A stretch of 58,106 nucleotides of DNA from an uncultured bacterium (GTDB lineage: Bacteria; Abyssobacteria; SURF-5): contig CAZSKP010000007.1 of assembly GCA_964607485.1 (NCBI GenBank), forward strand, positions 1-58,106. Reading direction: 5' to 3'. Positions 45,686 to 55,602 of this stretch are shown here, one piece after another. Under the pieces are notes generated by a model. That model worked only from the letters and a program-made list of their open reading frames with translations, searched no databases and was not told where the DNA came from. Position numbers and translations under genes: made by a program. How positions within the stretch are numbered: the first letter of the stretch is position 1; every line of letters starts with the position of its first letter.

Positions 45686-47569
45686 ATGGTATATGCGTCG
45701 TTCTTGTCCTTGATCTTCCTGGGATTGGTCGTAGTGGCCTGTGTGATGTTCGTGTACATGCTGAACCTCGCCCAGGACATGAAAGAACTCCGGCGGCGGA
45801 TGGCGAAGCTTGAAACGTTGGCCGCTGTGGGACAACGGCCTCCTCAACCGGCGCCCGAGCCCGCCGAAGCTCCTCAGGAACCTCCAAGCCCGCTCCTGCC
45901 CTCACCTGTTCCGCCGAAACCGCCCGAGCCCGCCATGCCCGCCCCTGCGAGAGCAAAGCCCCCGCTGGATATGGAGGCAGTTATCGGAGGCAACTGGCTG
46001 AACCGAATCGGGGTGTTGGCGTTCCTGTTCGGCGTGGCGTTTTTCCTGAAGTACGCGTTCGACAACCGCTGGATCGGCGAGACCGGCCGGGTCATCCTCG
46101 GCCTGATCACCGGGCTCGTGTTCCTGGGGCTGGGCGAGCGGTATCAGAGGAAGGGCTTTCCGCGCTTTTCGCAGGGGCTCACGGGGGGAGGCATCGCGCT
46201 GCTTTATCTGTCCATTTACGCGGCGTTCGGGTTCTACCACCTCGTCCCTCAAGTCCCCGCGTTTCTGTTCATGATTCTGGTGACGGTCGCAGGCGTCACT
46301 CTCGCCATCAGGTACGATGCGCTCGCTGTCGCGACGCTGGCGGCGCTAGGCGGCTTCCTGACGCCGTTTCTGTTGAGCACCGGCGTTGACAACCAGGTGG
46401 GGCTGTTCACGTACATCCTGCTTCTGAATGCCGGCATCCTCGGCGTAGCCTATTTCAAGCACTGGCCGACGCTCAATTATCAGAGTTTTTTTCTGACCAT
46501 AATCACGTTTGCCGCATGGGCCGGGGGGTTCTATGAGTCCTCGAAACTGTGGACAACGGTTCTTTTCCTCACGCTGTTCTTCGTCGTGTTCGCGTTCCTG
46601 GCTATTTTTTACAACATCATCCACCGACAGAAGGCGTCGGCACCCGAACTGGTGCTCGCGTTCCTGAACGCGGGCATCTACTTCGGGGCGATGTACGTTC
46701 TGCTCGAGGACAAATACGGCGACTACCTCGGCCTGTTCTCGCTGGCGATGGGCGGCGCCTATGTCGCGCTTGCCTACCTGGCGAACGTCCGCCACGATGA
46801 AGACCGGTTCCTCGTGTGGGTTTTCCTCGGACTCGCCGCCACGTTTGTGACGCTCGCGGCGCCCATACAACTGAAGCAGAATTGGATAACGGTCGGATGG
46901 GCGGTCGAGGGCGCAATTCTTGCATACATCGGGTTTAAGTACGGAAGCAGAAATACGCTGCTGGCCTCGCTCGCCATCATCGCTCTGGTCTTCGTGCGGC
47001 TCATCTTCTTCGACGTGCAGTTGCCCTGGCAGTACGTGAAGGAAGAATTCTCGCTCCTTTTCAACAAGCGCGTGTTTTCGTTTGTCGTCGGCATTGCGGC
47101 GATGCTGTTCGGCGCGTATTGCTTCGCCAACAGGTCGAAGAAAGCGGCCGACGGGGACAAGGCTGTCGTGGGGTGCCTGCTGGTTGCGGCCAATGTTGCG
47201 GCCATTGTTCTCCTGAGCGTCGAGGCGAATGATTTCCTCCGTTATCTTCGATTCCAGGAGAGGATTTCGCCGAGCGTGGTGTCGTATGCGCGGCAGCTTT
47301 CGCTTTCGCTCGTGTGGACACTTTACGCCACTTTTCTTATCATCGTGGGCATCTGGAAGGGATACAGGCCGATGCGCTACATGGCGCTGTTGCTCTTCGG
47401 CATCACGATCTTGAAGGTGTTTTTCATCGACCTTTCCGCACTGGAACGGTTCTACAGGATAATTTCGTTCGTGGTGTTGGGAGTGATACTCATCGCCGTA
47501 TCGTTCCTGTATCAGAAATATAAGGGAGTCCTCGTTGGCCCGACCCCGGCAGAAGGGAAGACAGAATGA
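45686..47569 (+). CDS. DUF2339-family polytopic membrane protein
   Basis: Pro-rich linker, E.VIGGNWLNRIG, FFLKYA, GGFLTP, KVFFIDL...RIISF. Confidence 0.88.
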   Translation: MVYASFLSLIFLGLVVVACVMFVYMLNLAQDMKELRRRMAKLETLAAVGQRPPQPAPEPAEAPQEPPSPLLPSPVPPKPPEPAMPAPARAKPPLDMEAVIGGNWLNRIGVLAFLFGVAFFLKYAFDNRWIGETGRVILGLITGLVFLGLGERYQRKGFPRFSQGLTGGGIALLYLSIYAAFGFYHLVPQVPAFLFMILVTVAGVTLAIRYDALAVATLAALGGFLTPFLLSTGVDNQVGLFTYILLLNAGILGVAYFKHWPTLNYQSFFLTIITFAAWAGGFYESSKLWTTVLFLTLFFVVFAFLAIFYNIIHRQKASAPELVLAFLNAGIYFGAMYVLLEDKYGDYLGLFSLAMGGAYVALAYLANVRHDEDRFLVWVFLGLAATFVTLAAPIQLKQNWITVGWAVEGAILAYIGFKYGSRNTLLASLAIIALVFVRLIFFDVQLPWQYVKEEFSLLFNKRVFSFVVGIAAMLFGAYCFANRSKKAADGDKAVVGCLLVAANVAAIVLLSVEANDFLRYLRFQERISPSVVSYARQLSLSLVWTLYATFLIIVGIWKGYRPMRYMALLLFGITILKVFFIDLSALERFYRIISFVVLGVILIAVSFLYQKYKGVLVGPTPAEGKTE

Positions 47570-48846
47570 AGCGCGCGCTGATACCCGTCCTCGCCGTCGT
47601 TGTCCTCCTCGTGTCATCATCTCCAACACGGGCGGACTTCAACACGACCGACTGGCCGTTCTACAAGGAAATCGCTCTCCCTCAGCCGCTGGAATCCGAA
47701 TACGCTTACTTTCAGGTCGATGGCGAAATCTACGACGTCTGCTCCGACGGACTCAGGAGCATCAGGGTAATCCGCGGCGATTCCGGCGAGGTCGCATACG
47801 AAATTGTGACCAAGCGAGAGAGCGAGCATCGGGAGGAATTCTTCCCGAAAATTCTGAACAACTCATACCTGCCGGGGAAATACAACTCGTTTGTGCTCGA
47901 CTTCGGCGAGGAACCGCCCAGCGTGAACGAGCTCGAGGTCCTGACCTCCAGCGAGAACTTCACGCGCCGCGCATCGGTCGAGGGGAGCGACGACCAGGCC
48001 GAATGGAACACGCTCGTCGAGGAGGCCTACATCTTCGATTTCGCGCGCAACATCCGGTCGCACTACCTGCGGATCGAACTCCCGACTTCGAATTTCCGAT
48101 TCCTCCGCGTCAAAGTGTTCGACGACGGAAGCGGCGTGCTGAAAATTACCGGCGCCAAGGCGTTCAGAGTGAGAAAAGAGGAAGCGCAGACGGAACAGTG
48201 GCCGTTGACCATTGTTGAGAGAACCGAGAACGAAAAGGACCGGACCACCGAAATCGTTCTGGATGCGCGATTCAGCGGCCTGCCCATTCGGCAGATAGAC
48301 CTCGATGTCGCGAGCCGCAACTACCACCGCAGCGTCCACGTCCAATCGAGCGAAGACCGGGAGAAATGGATTGACCTCGGAAGCGGCATCATCTTCGACT
48401 ACGACCTGCCCGAGTTCAAGAAAGCCGACAAGCGGCTGTCGTTCCGCGAGAACAGCCGCGGCCGCTATTTCAAGCTGACCATAGAAAATTATGACGACCA
48501 GCCGCTCGAGGTGGCCGGCGCTTCAGGCATTGGGCTTGTGCGGCGAGTCATTCTCGCCGTGGAGGAAGGGGCTCCCTACCGGGTCTTTTTCGGCAATCCC
48601 CGTGCGGCTGCGCCCCGCTACGACCTTGCGCACCGCATTCCCTACATCGAGACGGAACGCCTCCCGCGTCTCGCATTGGGGCCGCGCCAATCCAACCCGG
48701 ACTACGTGGAAAAGAAGCCGAAACGCCCCTGGAGCGAGGAGCATGCCTACCTGCTCTGGGTCGTGATGGCCGCCGTCATCGTTTTCCTTGCGCTGCTCAT
48801 CTTCAACCTCGCGCGCAAGACACCGCCCGAAGGGCAGGGGCAATAG
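47566..48846 (+). CDS. DUF3999-like exported protein with C-terminal membrane anchor
   Basis: Signal peptide, VEGSDD..W, FGNP.A.APRYDL, C-terminal TM; overlaps the DUF2339 stop. Confidence 0.75.
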   Translation: MKRALIPVLAVVVLLVSSSPTRADFNTTDWPFYKEIALPQPLESEYAYFQVDGEIYDVCSDGLRSIRVIRGDSGEVAYEIVTKRESEHREEFFPKILNNSYLPGKYNSFVLDFGEEPPSVNELEVLTSSENFTRRASVEGSDDQAEWNTLVEEAYIFDFARNIRSHYLRIELPTSNFRFLRVKVFDDGSGVLKITGAKAFRVRKEEAQTEQWPLTIVERTENEKDRTTEIVLDARFSGLPIRQIDLDVASRNYHRSVHVQSSEDREKWIDLGSGIIFDYDLPEFKKADKRLSFRENSRGRYFKLTIENYDDQPLEVAGASGIGLVRRVILAVEEGAPYRVFFGNPRAAAPRYDLAHRIPYIETERLPRLALGPRQSNPDYVEKKPKRPWSEEHAYLLWVVMAAVIVFLALLIFNLARKTPPEGQGQ

Positions 48847-48853
48847 GCCCGAC

Positions 48854-49486
48854 ATGAGCGAAAAATACTATTCTTCTATCCGGGAAGGCTTCAGGAAGTG
48901 GGCGCCGTTCTACGATGCGTTCACCGTCACAATCGGCAGCGCAAGGAGGGCGGTCGTGGCGGCGGTGGCGCCCGGAAGGGGCGAGAAAGTTCTGGATATT
49001 TGCACGGGCACGGGCGCCGTGGCGCTCGAACTGGCCAAGGCGGGCGCATCCGTGACCGGGATAGACCTTTCCGACGATATGCTCCGGCACGCCCGTCGCA
49101 AGCGCGAGGTTCGAGCGAAGGCCCAAGACGTCCAATTCCTGAGGATGGACGCAACGGAGCTTGCGTTTTCCCCGGGCGAATTCGATGCGGTCACCATCTC
49201 GTTCGGGCTGCATGAAATGCCCCTGGAGATTATCCGCCGCGTCCTCCGGGAAGCGCATCGCGTGGCGAAGCGTCGGCTCGTGGTTATCGATTACAAGCTG
49301 CCCGACGCCGGCCTGCTCGCGGGAGCATACAGGTTTGTCGTCGGCCTCTTCGAAGGCCCGTATTGCATGGATTTCCTTGAACTCGACCTTCCCGAAGTCG
49401 CCGGGCGAGAAGGGTTCGCGCTTGAGACGCGGAACGCCGCGCTCCTTCGAACCTGTCAGCTTCTTTCCTTCCGCATTGTAAAATAG
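48854..49486 (+). CDS. Class I SAM-dependent methyltransferase (UbiE/Methyltransf_25-like)
   Basis: VLDICTGTG, GIDLS..ML, MDATEL, FDAVTISFGLHEM. Confidence 0.9.
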   Translation: MSEKYYSSIREGFRKWAPFYDAFTVTIGSARRAVVAAVAPGRGEKVLDICTGTGAVALELAKAGASVTGIDLSDDMLRHARRKREVRAKAQDVQFLRMDATELAFSPGEFDAVTISFGLHEMPLEIIRRVLREAHRVAKRRLVVIDYKLPDAGLLAGAYRFVVGLFEGPYCMDFLELDLPEVAGREGFALETRNAALLRTCQLLSFRIVK

Positions 49487-49512
49487 GGGCGCAGCATAAT
49501 GCTGCGCCCCTA
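49484..49512. repeat. Perfect REP-like palindrome overlapping the methyltransferase stop codon
   Basis: TAGGGGCGCAGCAT-A-ATGCTGCGCCCCTA between convergent genes. Confidence 0.75.
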
Positions 49513-49592
49513 GGAATATTCCGCAACCGTCGCGCGAACTCACGTCACCGGCGCGGGTTAATCCTCAGACAGGCTCAGGCCGTCTTTCCCTG

Positions 49593-50552
49593 CTATTGAG
49601 ACTCGATATGTAACTCGACACGCCTGTTTTGCGCTCTTCCTTCAGGTGTGTCGTTTGTGGCTATTGGATCCGTCTCGCCCTTGCCTACGGCGCTCAGCCT
49701 GCCGGCGCTGATGCCCTTGGAAACGAGGTAATCCATCACAGCCTTTGCCCGTTTCTCCGACAGCGTCTTGTTGTATGCGTCTGACCCGACGCTGTCGGTG
49801 TGGCCGCGGAGCTCCACTTTCATCTTCGGATTAATTTCCAGCACATGAACCGCATTGTCCAATGCGGCATGATACTCGGGTCTAATGTCCCACTTGTTGT
49901 AGTCGAACTTGAGGTCTTTTATGATCCAGCAACCCGCAGCATCGACCGTCACGCCCTTCGGCGTACCGGGGCACTTGTCGAGATAGTCGGGCACGCCGTC
50001 GCCATCGCTGTCGAGCGGGCAGCCCACTTTATCGACCTTTACGCCCTTCGGTGTATCGGGACACTTGTCAAGATAGTCGGGCACGCCGTCGCCGTCGCTG
50101 TCGAGCGGGCAGCCCACCTTATCGACCTTTACGCCCTTCGGCGTATCGGGACACTTGTCGAGATAGTCGGGCACGCCGTCGCCGTCGCTGTCAAGCGGGC
50201 AGCCCACTTTATCGACCTTTACGCCCTTTGGAGTACCGGGGCACTTGTCGAGGCTATCCGGCACGCCGTCACCATCGCTGTCGGCCGGCGGTGGCGGTGG
50301 TGGCGCCGGCTTCTCCGCGCCCGCATAGAATAGAACCCCTCCGTTACCCCTTCCTTCGATTTTCCCAGCTTCCGGGCCAATCTTTGAGGGCATATACCAA
50401 TACCCGCCGGCGTATTGCTGCACTCCCTTCCATGCTCCGGGAGGAGGATATTCCCGCCAGGGGTCTGCCTTGGCCCACTTGCCCGTGGCACAACCAAATT
50501 GCGCAAACAAAAGTAAAGCTGTCAATCCCGCTAACCACCGTCTCAATGTCAT
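49593..50552 (-). CDS. OmpA C-terminal (peptidoglycan-binding) domain protein with thrombospondin type 3 Ca-binding repeats; probable lipoprotein
   Basis: Four DSDGDGVPD..DKCP repeats, FDYNK, GHTDSVGS..YN..LSEKRA, NRRVE; Cys after the hydrophobic N-terminus. Confidence 0.93.
   Translation of the reverse strand: MTLRRWLAGLTALLLFAQFGCATGKWAKADPWREYPPPGAWKGVQQYAGGYWYMPSKIGPEAGKIEGRGNGGVLFYAGAEKPAPPPPPPADSDGDGVPDSLDKCPGTPKGVKVDKVGCPLDSDGDGVPDYLDKCPDTPKGVKVDKVGCPLDSDGDGVPDYLDKCPDTPKGVKVDKVGCPLDSDGDGVPDYLDKCPGTPKGVTVDAAGCWIIKDLKFDYNKWDIRPEYHAALDNAVHVLEINPKMKVELRGHTDSVGSDAYNKTLSEKRAKAVMDYLVSKGISAGRLSAVGKGETDPIATNDTPEGRAQNRRVELHIESQ
49941..50282. repeat. Intragenic 90-bp tandem repeat (about 3.8 copies) encoding the TSP3 repeats
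   Basis: Units start at 49941, 50031, 50121 and 50211 and are near-identical. Confidence 0.92.
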
Positions 50553-50653
50553 GCCTTCTCTCCTTTCTTTGCCCGCCGACTACGCCGGGGCACAGTCTTT
50601 CCCCTCTGATACCGGTGAAGTGCTCACGCTGAAGAAAAGACTATTGTGATGGA

Positions 50654-50682
50654 AGTATATCATGCGATCGGGTGCTAGGCAA
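50654..50682 (-). promoter_or_regulatory. Putative promoter of the OmpA-like gene
   Basis: Minus strand TTGCCT, 17 bp ending TGA, TATACT. Confidence 0.6.
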
Positions 50683-50774
50683 GAGGGGGGAATCCTTCAC
50701 GGAGGCGGGTTTTCGAAGAGGAGGTGTTTGATGAGAATGCTTCCTCGCCCGCACTGCAATGCCCGGCACAGCCC

Positions 50775-50803
50775 TTGTTAAAGTCGAGTATATCTGGTAT
50801 AAT
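50775..50803 (+). promoter_or_regulatory. Putative promoter of the xseA operon
   Basis: TTGTTA, 17 bp ending TGG, TATAAT. Confidence 0.65.
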
Positions 50804-50837
50804 TGACGAAAAATCAGGATGTTAAGAGGTCTCCGGA

Positions 50838-52184
50838 ATGCAGCTTTCCAATTCGGACCGGGTATATACGGTTACCGAGCTCACCCGCGGCATCAAGGCG
50901 TTGCTCGAAGAGGACTTCGGACACGTCTGGGTGTGCGGCGAGGTGTCGAATTGCAGGCGTCACAGCTCGGGCCACATCTATTACACGCTGAAGGACGAGC
51001 AGAGCCAGTTGAGCGTGGTCTTCTTCAGAAACGATGCGGCCCGGCTCAAGTTCAGGCTCGAAGACGGATTGCAGGTCAACGTCGAGGGCCGGATCAGCGT
51101 GTACGAGAAGAGGGGCAACTACCAGCTCATCGCGGCGACTGCGGAACCGGTCGGATACGGCGCGCTCCAGCTCGCCTTCGAGCAACTGAAGAAGCGCCTG
51201 GGCGAAGAAGGCCTCTTCGACGAAGCGCACAAGAAGCCCATCCCGCGATTTCCCCAACGAATCGGCATCGTCACGTCGCCGACGGGAGCGGCCATCCGCG
51301 ATATTCTGCACGTGCTCGACCGACGCTTCTCCACTGTCGAGGTGGTGCTCTACCCCTCGCTGGTTCAGGGCGAAGGCGCGGCGGAGGAGATTGCCGCCGG
51401 CGTGAGGACGCTCGACAGAGAGGGAAAGGTGGACGTTATAATTGTCGGCAGGGGCGGAGGCTCGCTGGAAGACCTGTGGGCGTTCAACGAAGAAGCGGTC
51501 GCCCGCGCGATATACGAATGCGAGACGCCCGTCGTCTCGGCCGTCGGCCACGAGGTGGATTTCACCATCGCCGACTTCGTCGCCGACCTGAGGGCGCCGA
51601 CGCCCAGCGCTGCGGCGGAAGTGGTCGTGGAGGAAAGAGAGGCCGTCATTTCCGAGATATCGCGGCTCCGCGACGGGCTGATTCGGTCCGCGGCTTCTTG
51701 CCTCACCGAGCTCGAACACCGGCTGAAGCTGGCGCTCTCGAGTTACGGGCTGCGACGTCCGTCGGACACGCTGCTCCAGTATGAGCAGCAGTTGGACGAC
51801 ATGCGCGAGCGAATGGTCGAGCTGCAAACGCGCCGCCTCGACGACCTGCAGAACAAGGCGGAGGTCGCTCGGAACAAGCTGTTCATGCTCAGGCCCGACA
51901 GAGTCATTGCCTCCTTGAGCGACAGGGTCAAATCGGCCGGCCGCATGCTGAGGGAGCGCGCCCTCAATGCGCTCTCCGGGCGTGAGGCCGCCCTGGGCTC
52001 TGTGGCCGCAAAACTCGATTCGTTGAGCCCGCTGGCGGTTCTGGCGAGAGGATACAGCATCACCTATCGCATGGCCACGGGAGCCATACTCAGGGACAGC
52101 TCGGAGACGAGAGCGGGCGACCGCGTGAGCGTGAGACTGCACCGCGGCTCGCTTGCGTGCTCGGTGGAAAAGGTGGAGGATTAG
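50838..52184 (+). CDS. xseA: Exodeoxyribonuclease VII large subunit
   Basis: VWVCGEVSN, SGHIYYTLKD, TSPTGAAIRD, RGGGSLEDLWAFN, SAVGHEVD, RAPTPSAAAE. Confidence 0.98.
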   Translation: MQLSNSDRVYTVTELTRGIKALLEEDFGHVWVCGEVSNCRRHSSGHIYYTLKDEQSQLSVVFFRNDAARLKFRLEDGLQVNVEGRISVYEKRGNYQLIAATAEPVGYGALQLAFEQLKKRLGEEGLFDEAHKKPIPRFPQRIGIVTSPTGAAIRDILHVLDRRFSTVEVVLYPSLVQGEGAAEEIAAGVRTLDREGKVDVIIVGRGGGSLEDLWAFNEEAVARAIYECETPVVSAVGHEVDFTIADFVADLRAPTPSAAAEVVVEEREAVISEISRLRDGLIRSAASCLTELEHRLKLALSSYGLRRPSDTLLQYEQQLDDMRERMVELQTRRLDDLQNKAEVARNKLFMLRPDRVIASLSDRVKSAGRMLRERALNALSGREAALGSVAAKLDSLSPLAVLARGYSITYRMATGAILRDSSETRAGDRVSVRLHRGSLACSVEKVED

Positions 52185-52188
52185 ACAC

Positions 52189-52470
52189 GTGGGCGAGCCC
52201 AGCTTTGAGGAAGCCCTGCAAAATCTCGAAAAGATAGTCGAGGAACTGGAGGAAGGGAACCTTCCCCTCGAAGAGACGCTGAAGAGATTCGAGGAAGGTA
52301 TCAAGCTGGCGCGTCTGTGCGAGAAGAAACTCAAACAGGCGCAGAAGAAGGTCTCGATGCTGACCCGGGACGAACAGGGAGACCTGAAGGAGGTCCCGTT
52401 CGCCGAGCCGCAGGAATCGGAGAAAGCAGAGAAAGAGGGGCCCGACACCGAATCCCTTTTCGATGAGTGA
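52189..52470 (+). CDS. xseB: Exodeoxyribonuclease VII small subunit
   Basis: SFEEALQNLEKIVEELEEGNLPLEE..KRFEEG; GTG start after GGAGG. Confidence 0.95.
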   Translation: MGEPSFEEALQNLEKIVEELEEGNLPLEETLKRFEEGIKLARLCEKKLKQAQKKVSMLTRDEQGDLKEVPFAEPQESEKAEKEGPDTESLFDE

Positions 52471-53338
52471 CCTCAAGAGATATCTGGCGGAACGAAAGGA
52501 GCTTGTGGACGGGGGGCTCGACCGGTTCCTCCCGCAGCCGGCGGGGCTGGAGCGGTCGGTCTATGAGGCGATGCGATACTGCGTCTTCGCCGGGGGGAAA
52601 CGGATCAGGCCCATCCTGCTGCTGGCAACCAACGAGATGTGCGGGGGCGACACAGACACCGCATTGCCCGCCGCCTGCTCACTCGAAATGATACACACGT
52701 ACTCGCTCATACACGACGACCTTCCCGCTATGGACAACGGCCAGCTCCGCAGGGGGAAGCCGACGGCGCACAGGCAATTCGGCGAGGCGATCGCAATACT
52801 GGCGGGCGACGCATTGCTCACGCTCGCGTTCGAAGTCCTCAGCAGGTGTCCCGAAAAGTTCGTTCCGGCGTTGGTGTACGAATTGGCTCACGCGTCGGGC
52901 ACTAGGGGACTGATAGGCGGACAGGTGGCCGACATCGAGTGGACCGGCAGGGAAATGGAGTTTCCGACGCTCGAGTTCATCCATTCGCACAAGACTGGCG
53001 CGCTCATCACCGCCGCCGTGCGAATGGGAGGGATAATCGCCGGGGCCGACGAGGCGGCGCTCAAGAGCCTGACGGGATACGGCCGCAGCCTCGGCCTCGC
53101 CTTCCAGATAGCCGACGACATCATCGACGTGGAATCGACCTCGGCGGTCACGGGAAAAGATTCTGGCTCCGACGCCACGCTCGGCAAGGCGACGTATCCC
53201 AAGTTTTTCGGGCTGGCCGATTCGCGACAGCGTTGTCTCGGATTGATAGAACAGGCGAGAACGCATCTCGCCGATTTTGCACCGCGCGCGGGAGTGCTCG
53301 AAGCGATAGCCGACTTTGTCGGCAACCGTGAGGCTTAG
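52463..53338 (+). CDS. ispA: Farnesyl diphosphate synthase / geranyltranstransferase
   Basis: GGKRIRP, HTYSLIHDDLPAMD, RRGKPT, GGQVAD, FQIADD. Confidence 0.96.
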   Translation: MSDLKRYLAERKELVDGGLDRFLPQPAGLERSVYEAMRYCVFAGGKRIRPILLLATNEMCGGDTDTALPAACSLEMIHTYSLIHDDLPAMDNGQLRRGKPTAHRQFGEAIAILAGDALLTLAFEVLSRCPEKFVPALVYELAHASGTRGLIGGQVADIEWTGREMEFPTLEFIHSHKTGALITAAVRMGGIIAGADEAALKSLTGYGRSLGLAFQIADDIIDVESTSAVTGKDSGSDATLGKATYPKFFGLADSRQRCLGLIEQARTHLADFAPRAGVLEAIADFVGNREA

Positions 53339-53361
53339 TTTTTGCAGAAGGTGATTGACTT

Positions 53362-55278
53362 ATGGAAAGGCTTCTCGACCGGATAAACAGCCCAAAAGAC
53401 CTCAAGGCGCTCTCGATAGACGAGCTTCGCCGCCTGGCGGAGGAAATCAGGCGTGAGATCCTCTCGACGACCTCCCAGCGGGGAGGACATCTCGCGTCGA
53501 GCCTGGGAACCGTCGAACTCATACTGGCCATTCACTACGTGTTCGACGCGCCGCGCGACAAAATAGTATTCGACGTCGGGCATCAGGCATACGCGCACAA
53601 ACTCATCACCGGAAGACGTGAGGATTTCAAATCGCTTCGCACCCTCGGCGGCCTGGCCGGGTTCCCCAATCGCGACGAGAGCGAATTCGACTGTTTCACC
53701 ACGGGACACGCGAGCACGAGCATCTCCGCAATTGCCGGCATCGCCTCCGCGCGCGACCTCGCCGGTGAGAAGTTCAAGACGATCGCGCTGATAGGCGACG
53801 GCTCCATGACGGGCGGCCTCGCGTTTGAAGCGCTGAATCACGTCGGGCACATGGGAAAAGACCTGATAGTCGTCCTGAACGACAACGAGATGGCGATATC
53901 GAGGAGCGTGGGAGCGCTCTCGCTCTACTTGAGCCGTCTCATTACCGCTTCCTCGTACAACAGGCTCAAAGGCGACGTAGAGTACCTGCTCAAGCGAATT
54001 CCCGCCATCGGCTCGACATTGTTCGAGACGGCCAAACGCATACAGAAAAGCGCAGCCAGCCTGCTCAAGCCCGGGTCGCTCTTCGAGGAGCTTGGGTTCA
54101 AATATGTCGGCCCGGTGGACGGCCACGACCTCGACGTGCTGATAGAGACGCTGCGCAAGATAGCGGCGTTTCGGATTCCGATCCTCTTCCACGTGCTCAC
54201 CAAGAAGGGGAAGGGGTACGAATACGCCGAGGCGGAGCCGAGCAGCTTCCATGGCATACGCGCGTTCGACGTTCAAACGGGCGAGCCGCTTCCGCCGCCG
54301 GACGATGCATCGAACGGGCCCAGTTACTCCGAGGTCTTCGGCAAACACATGATGGAGATGGCCGAGAGGAATCCGAAAACGGTCGCCATAACGGCCGCGA
54401 TGGCCGAGGGCACGGGCCTGACGGAGTTTGCGGAGAGATTTCCCAAACGTTTCTTCGATGTCGGCATAGCGGAGCAACACGCGGTGACGTTCGCCGCCGG
54501 GCTTGCCAACGAAGGATTCCGTCCCGTCGTCGCGGTGTACTCCACTTTCCTGCAGCGCGCGTACGACCAGATATGCCACGACGTGTGTCTCCAGGGGTTG
54601 CCGGTGGTGTTTGCCATCGACCGTGCCGGAGTCGTGGGCAGAGACGGACCGACGCACCACGGCGTCTTCGACATCGCGTACCTTCGGAGCCTGCCGAACA
54701 TTGCCATCCTGACGCCGAAGAACGGTGCCGAGCTGAAGGCGATGCTCGATTGGGCGAGCGAACAGTCTCGGCCGGCGGCCATCAGGTATCCGCGCGGTTC
54801 GTCCTCGACCGTCGCGTCGGGACAGCCCGACGCCTCGATAGAGTTGGGCCGACCCGAAGTGCTCCGGGAGGGCGACGACATCACAATCGTTGCCGTCGGA
54901 GCGATGGTGGAGGTCGCGTTGAAGGCGGCCGCCGAACTGGCGCATGAGGGCGTGAGCGCGGGAGTCGTCAATGCCCGCTTTGTGAAGCCGCTGGACGAAA
55001 AATTCTACTGTCAAATCGCCGAGCGGGCCAAGGCCATCGTCACCATAGAGGACGGCGTGGCTTCGGGCGGGTTCGGGAGCGGACTGGTCGAGCTCATGCT
55101 GAAGATAAAGCCCGAAAGAATTCCCAACGTCGCCACTCTCGGCTTTCCCGACAAGTTCATCGAGCACGGCCCGCGCTCTGCGCTCCTGCGGAAATACGGT
55201 CTGAGCGTGCAGGGTGTGATCGACGCGGCCAGCAAGCTTCTGGGAGTGAGAATCGAGACACACTCTCAGGACAGGTGA
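53362..55278 (+). CDS. dxs: 1-deoxy-D-xylulose-5-phosphate synthase
   Basis: GGHLASSLG, DVGHQAY, GDGSMTGG..FEALN, NDNEM, GPVDGHD, DVGIAEQH, DRAG. Confidence 0.98.
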   Translation: MERLLDRINSPKDLKALSIDELRRLAEEIRREILSTTSQRGGHLASSLGTVELILAIHYVFDAPRDKIVFDVGHQAYAHKLITGRREDFKSLRTLGGLAGFPNRDESEFDCFTTGHASTSISAIAGIASARDLAGEKFKTIALIGDGSMTGGLAFEALNHVGHMGKDLIVVLNDNEMAISRSVGALSLYLSRLITASSYNRLKGDVEYLLKRIPAIGSTLFETAKRIQKSAASLLKPGSLFEELGFKYVGPVDGHDLDVLIETLRKIAAFRIPILFHVLTKKGKGYEYAEAEPSSFHGIRAFDVQTGEPLPPPDDASNGPSYSEVFGKHMMEMAERNPKTVAITAAMAEGTGLTEFAERFPKRFFDVGIAEQHAVTFAAGLANEGFRPVVAVYSTFLQRAYDQICHDVCLQGLPVVFAIDRAGVVGRDGPTHHGVFDIAYLRSLPNIAILTPKNGAELKAMLDWASEQSRPAAIRYPRGSSSTVASGQPDASIELGRPEVLREGDDITIVAVGAMVEVALKAAAELAHEGVSAGVVNARFVKPLDEKFYCQIAERAKAIVTIEDGVASGGFGSGLVELMLKIKPERIPNVATLGFPDKFIEHGPRSALLRKYGLSVQGVIDAASKLLGVRIETHSQDR

Positions 55279-55304
55279 CATACTATTCGGAGCGGCTAAC
55301 AATC

Positions 55305-55436
55305 GTCATTCTGAGCGCAGTTGTCATTCTGAGCGCAGCGAAGAATCTCAATGATTGCGGTAGGTCCTGCGAAACGCGAGATCCTTCACTCGGCCCTGCG
55401 GCCCACGGGTCCGAGACCCTTCGTTCAGGATGACAA
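55305..55436. repeat. Palindromic GTCAT...ATGAC element with duplicated left end
   Basis: GTCATTCTGAGCGCAG at 55305 and 55323; inner GAAGAATCTC / GAGATCCTTC; right end CGTTCAGGATGACAA. Confidence 0.82.
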
Positions 55437-55602
55437 GAATGTGAAGTATCTCGTGCTCCTTGCACTAATAGATACGTCGGCTTCCGGGCCGATTCTTTGA
55501 AAACGACAACGTATCGGCGGAGGACATGCCCTTCCGCGCCCCCACTTTAGGGGATGCGGCGGGGTAGTGGTATGTCCGCAGCCGGATGAAACACAGAGAG
55601 CC

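Noticed and set aside
49941-50282. Possible CRISPR array or non-coding tandem repeat
   Set aside because: Contiguous 90-bp units without unique spacers, in frame within a coding gene; no cas genes present.
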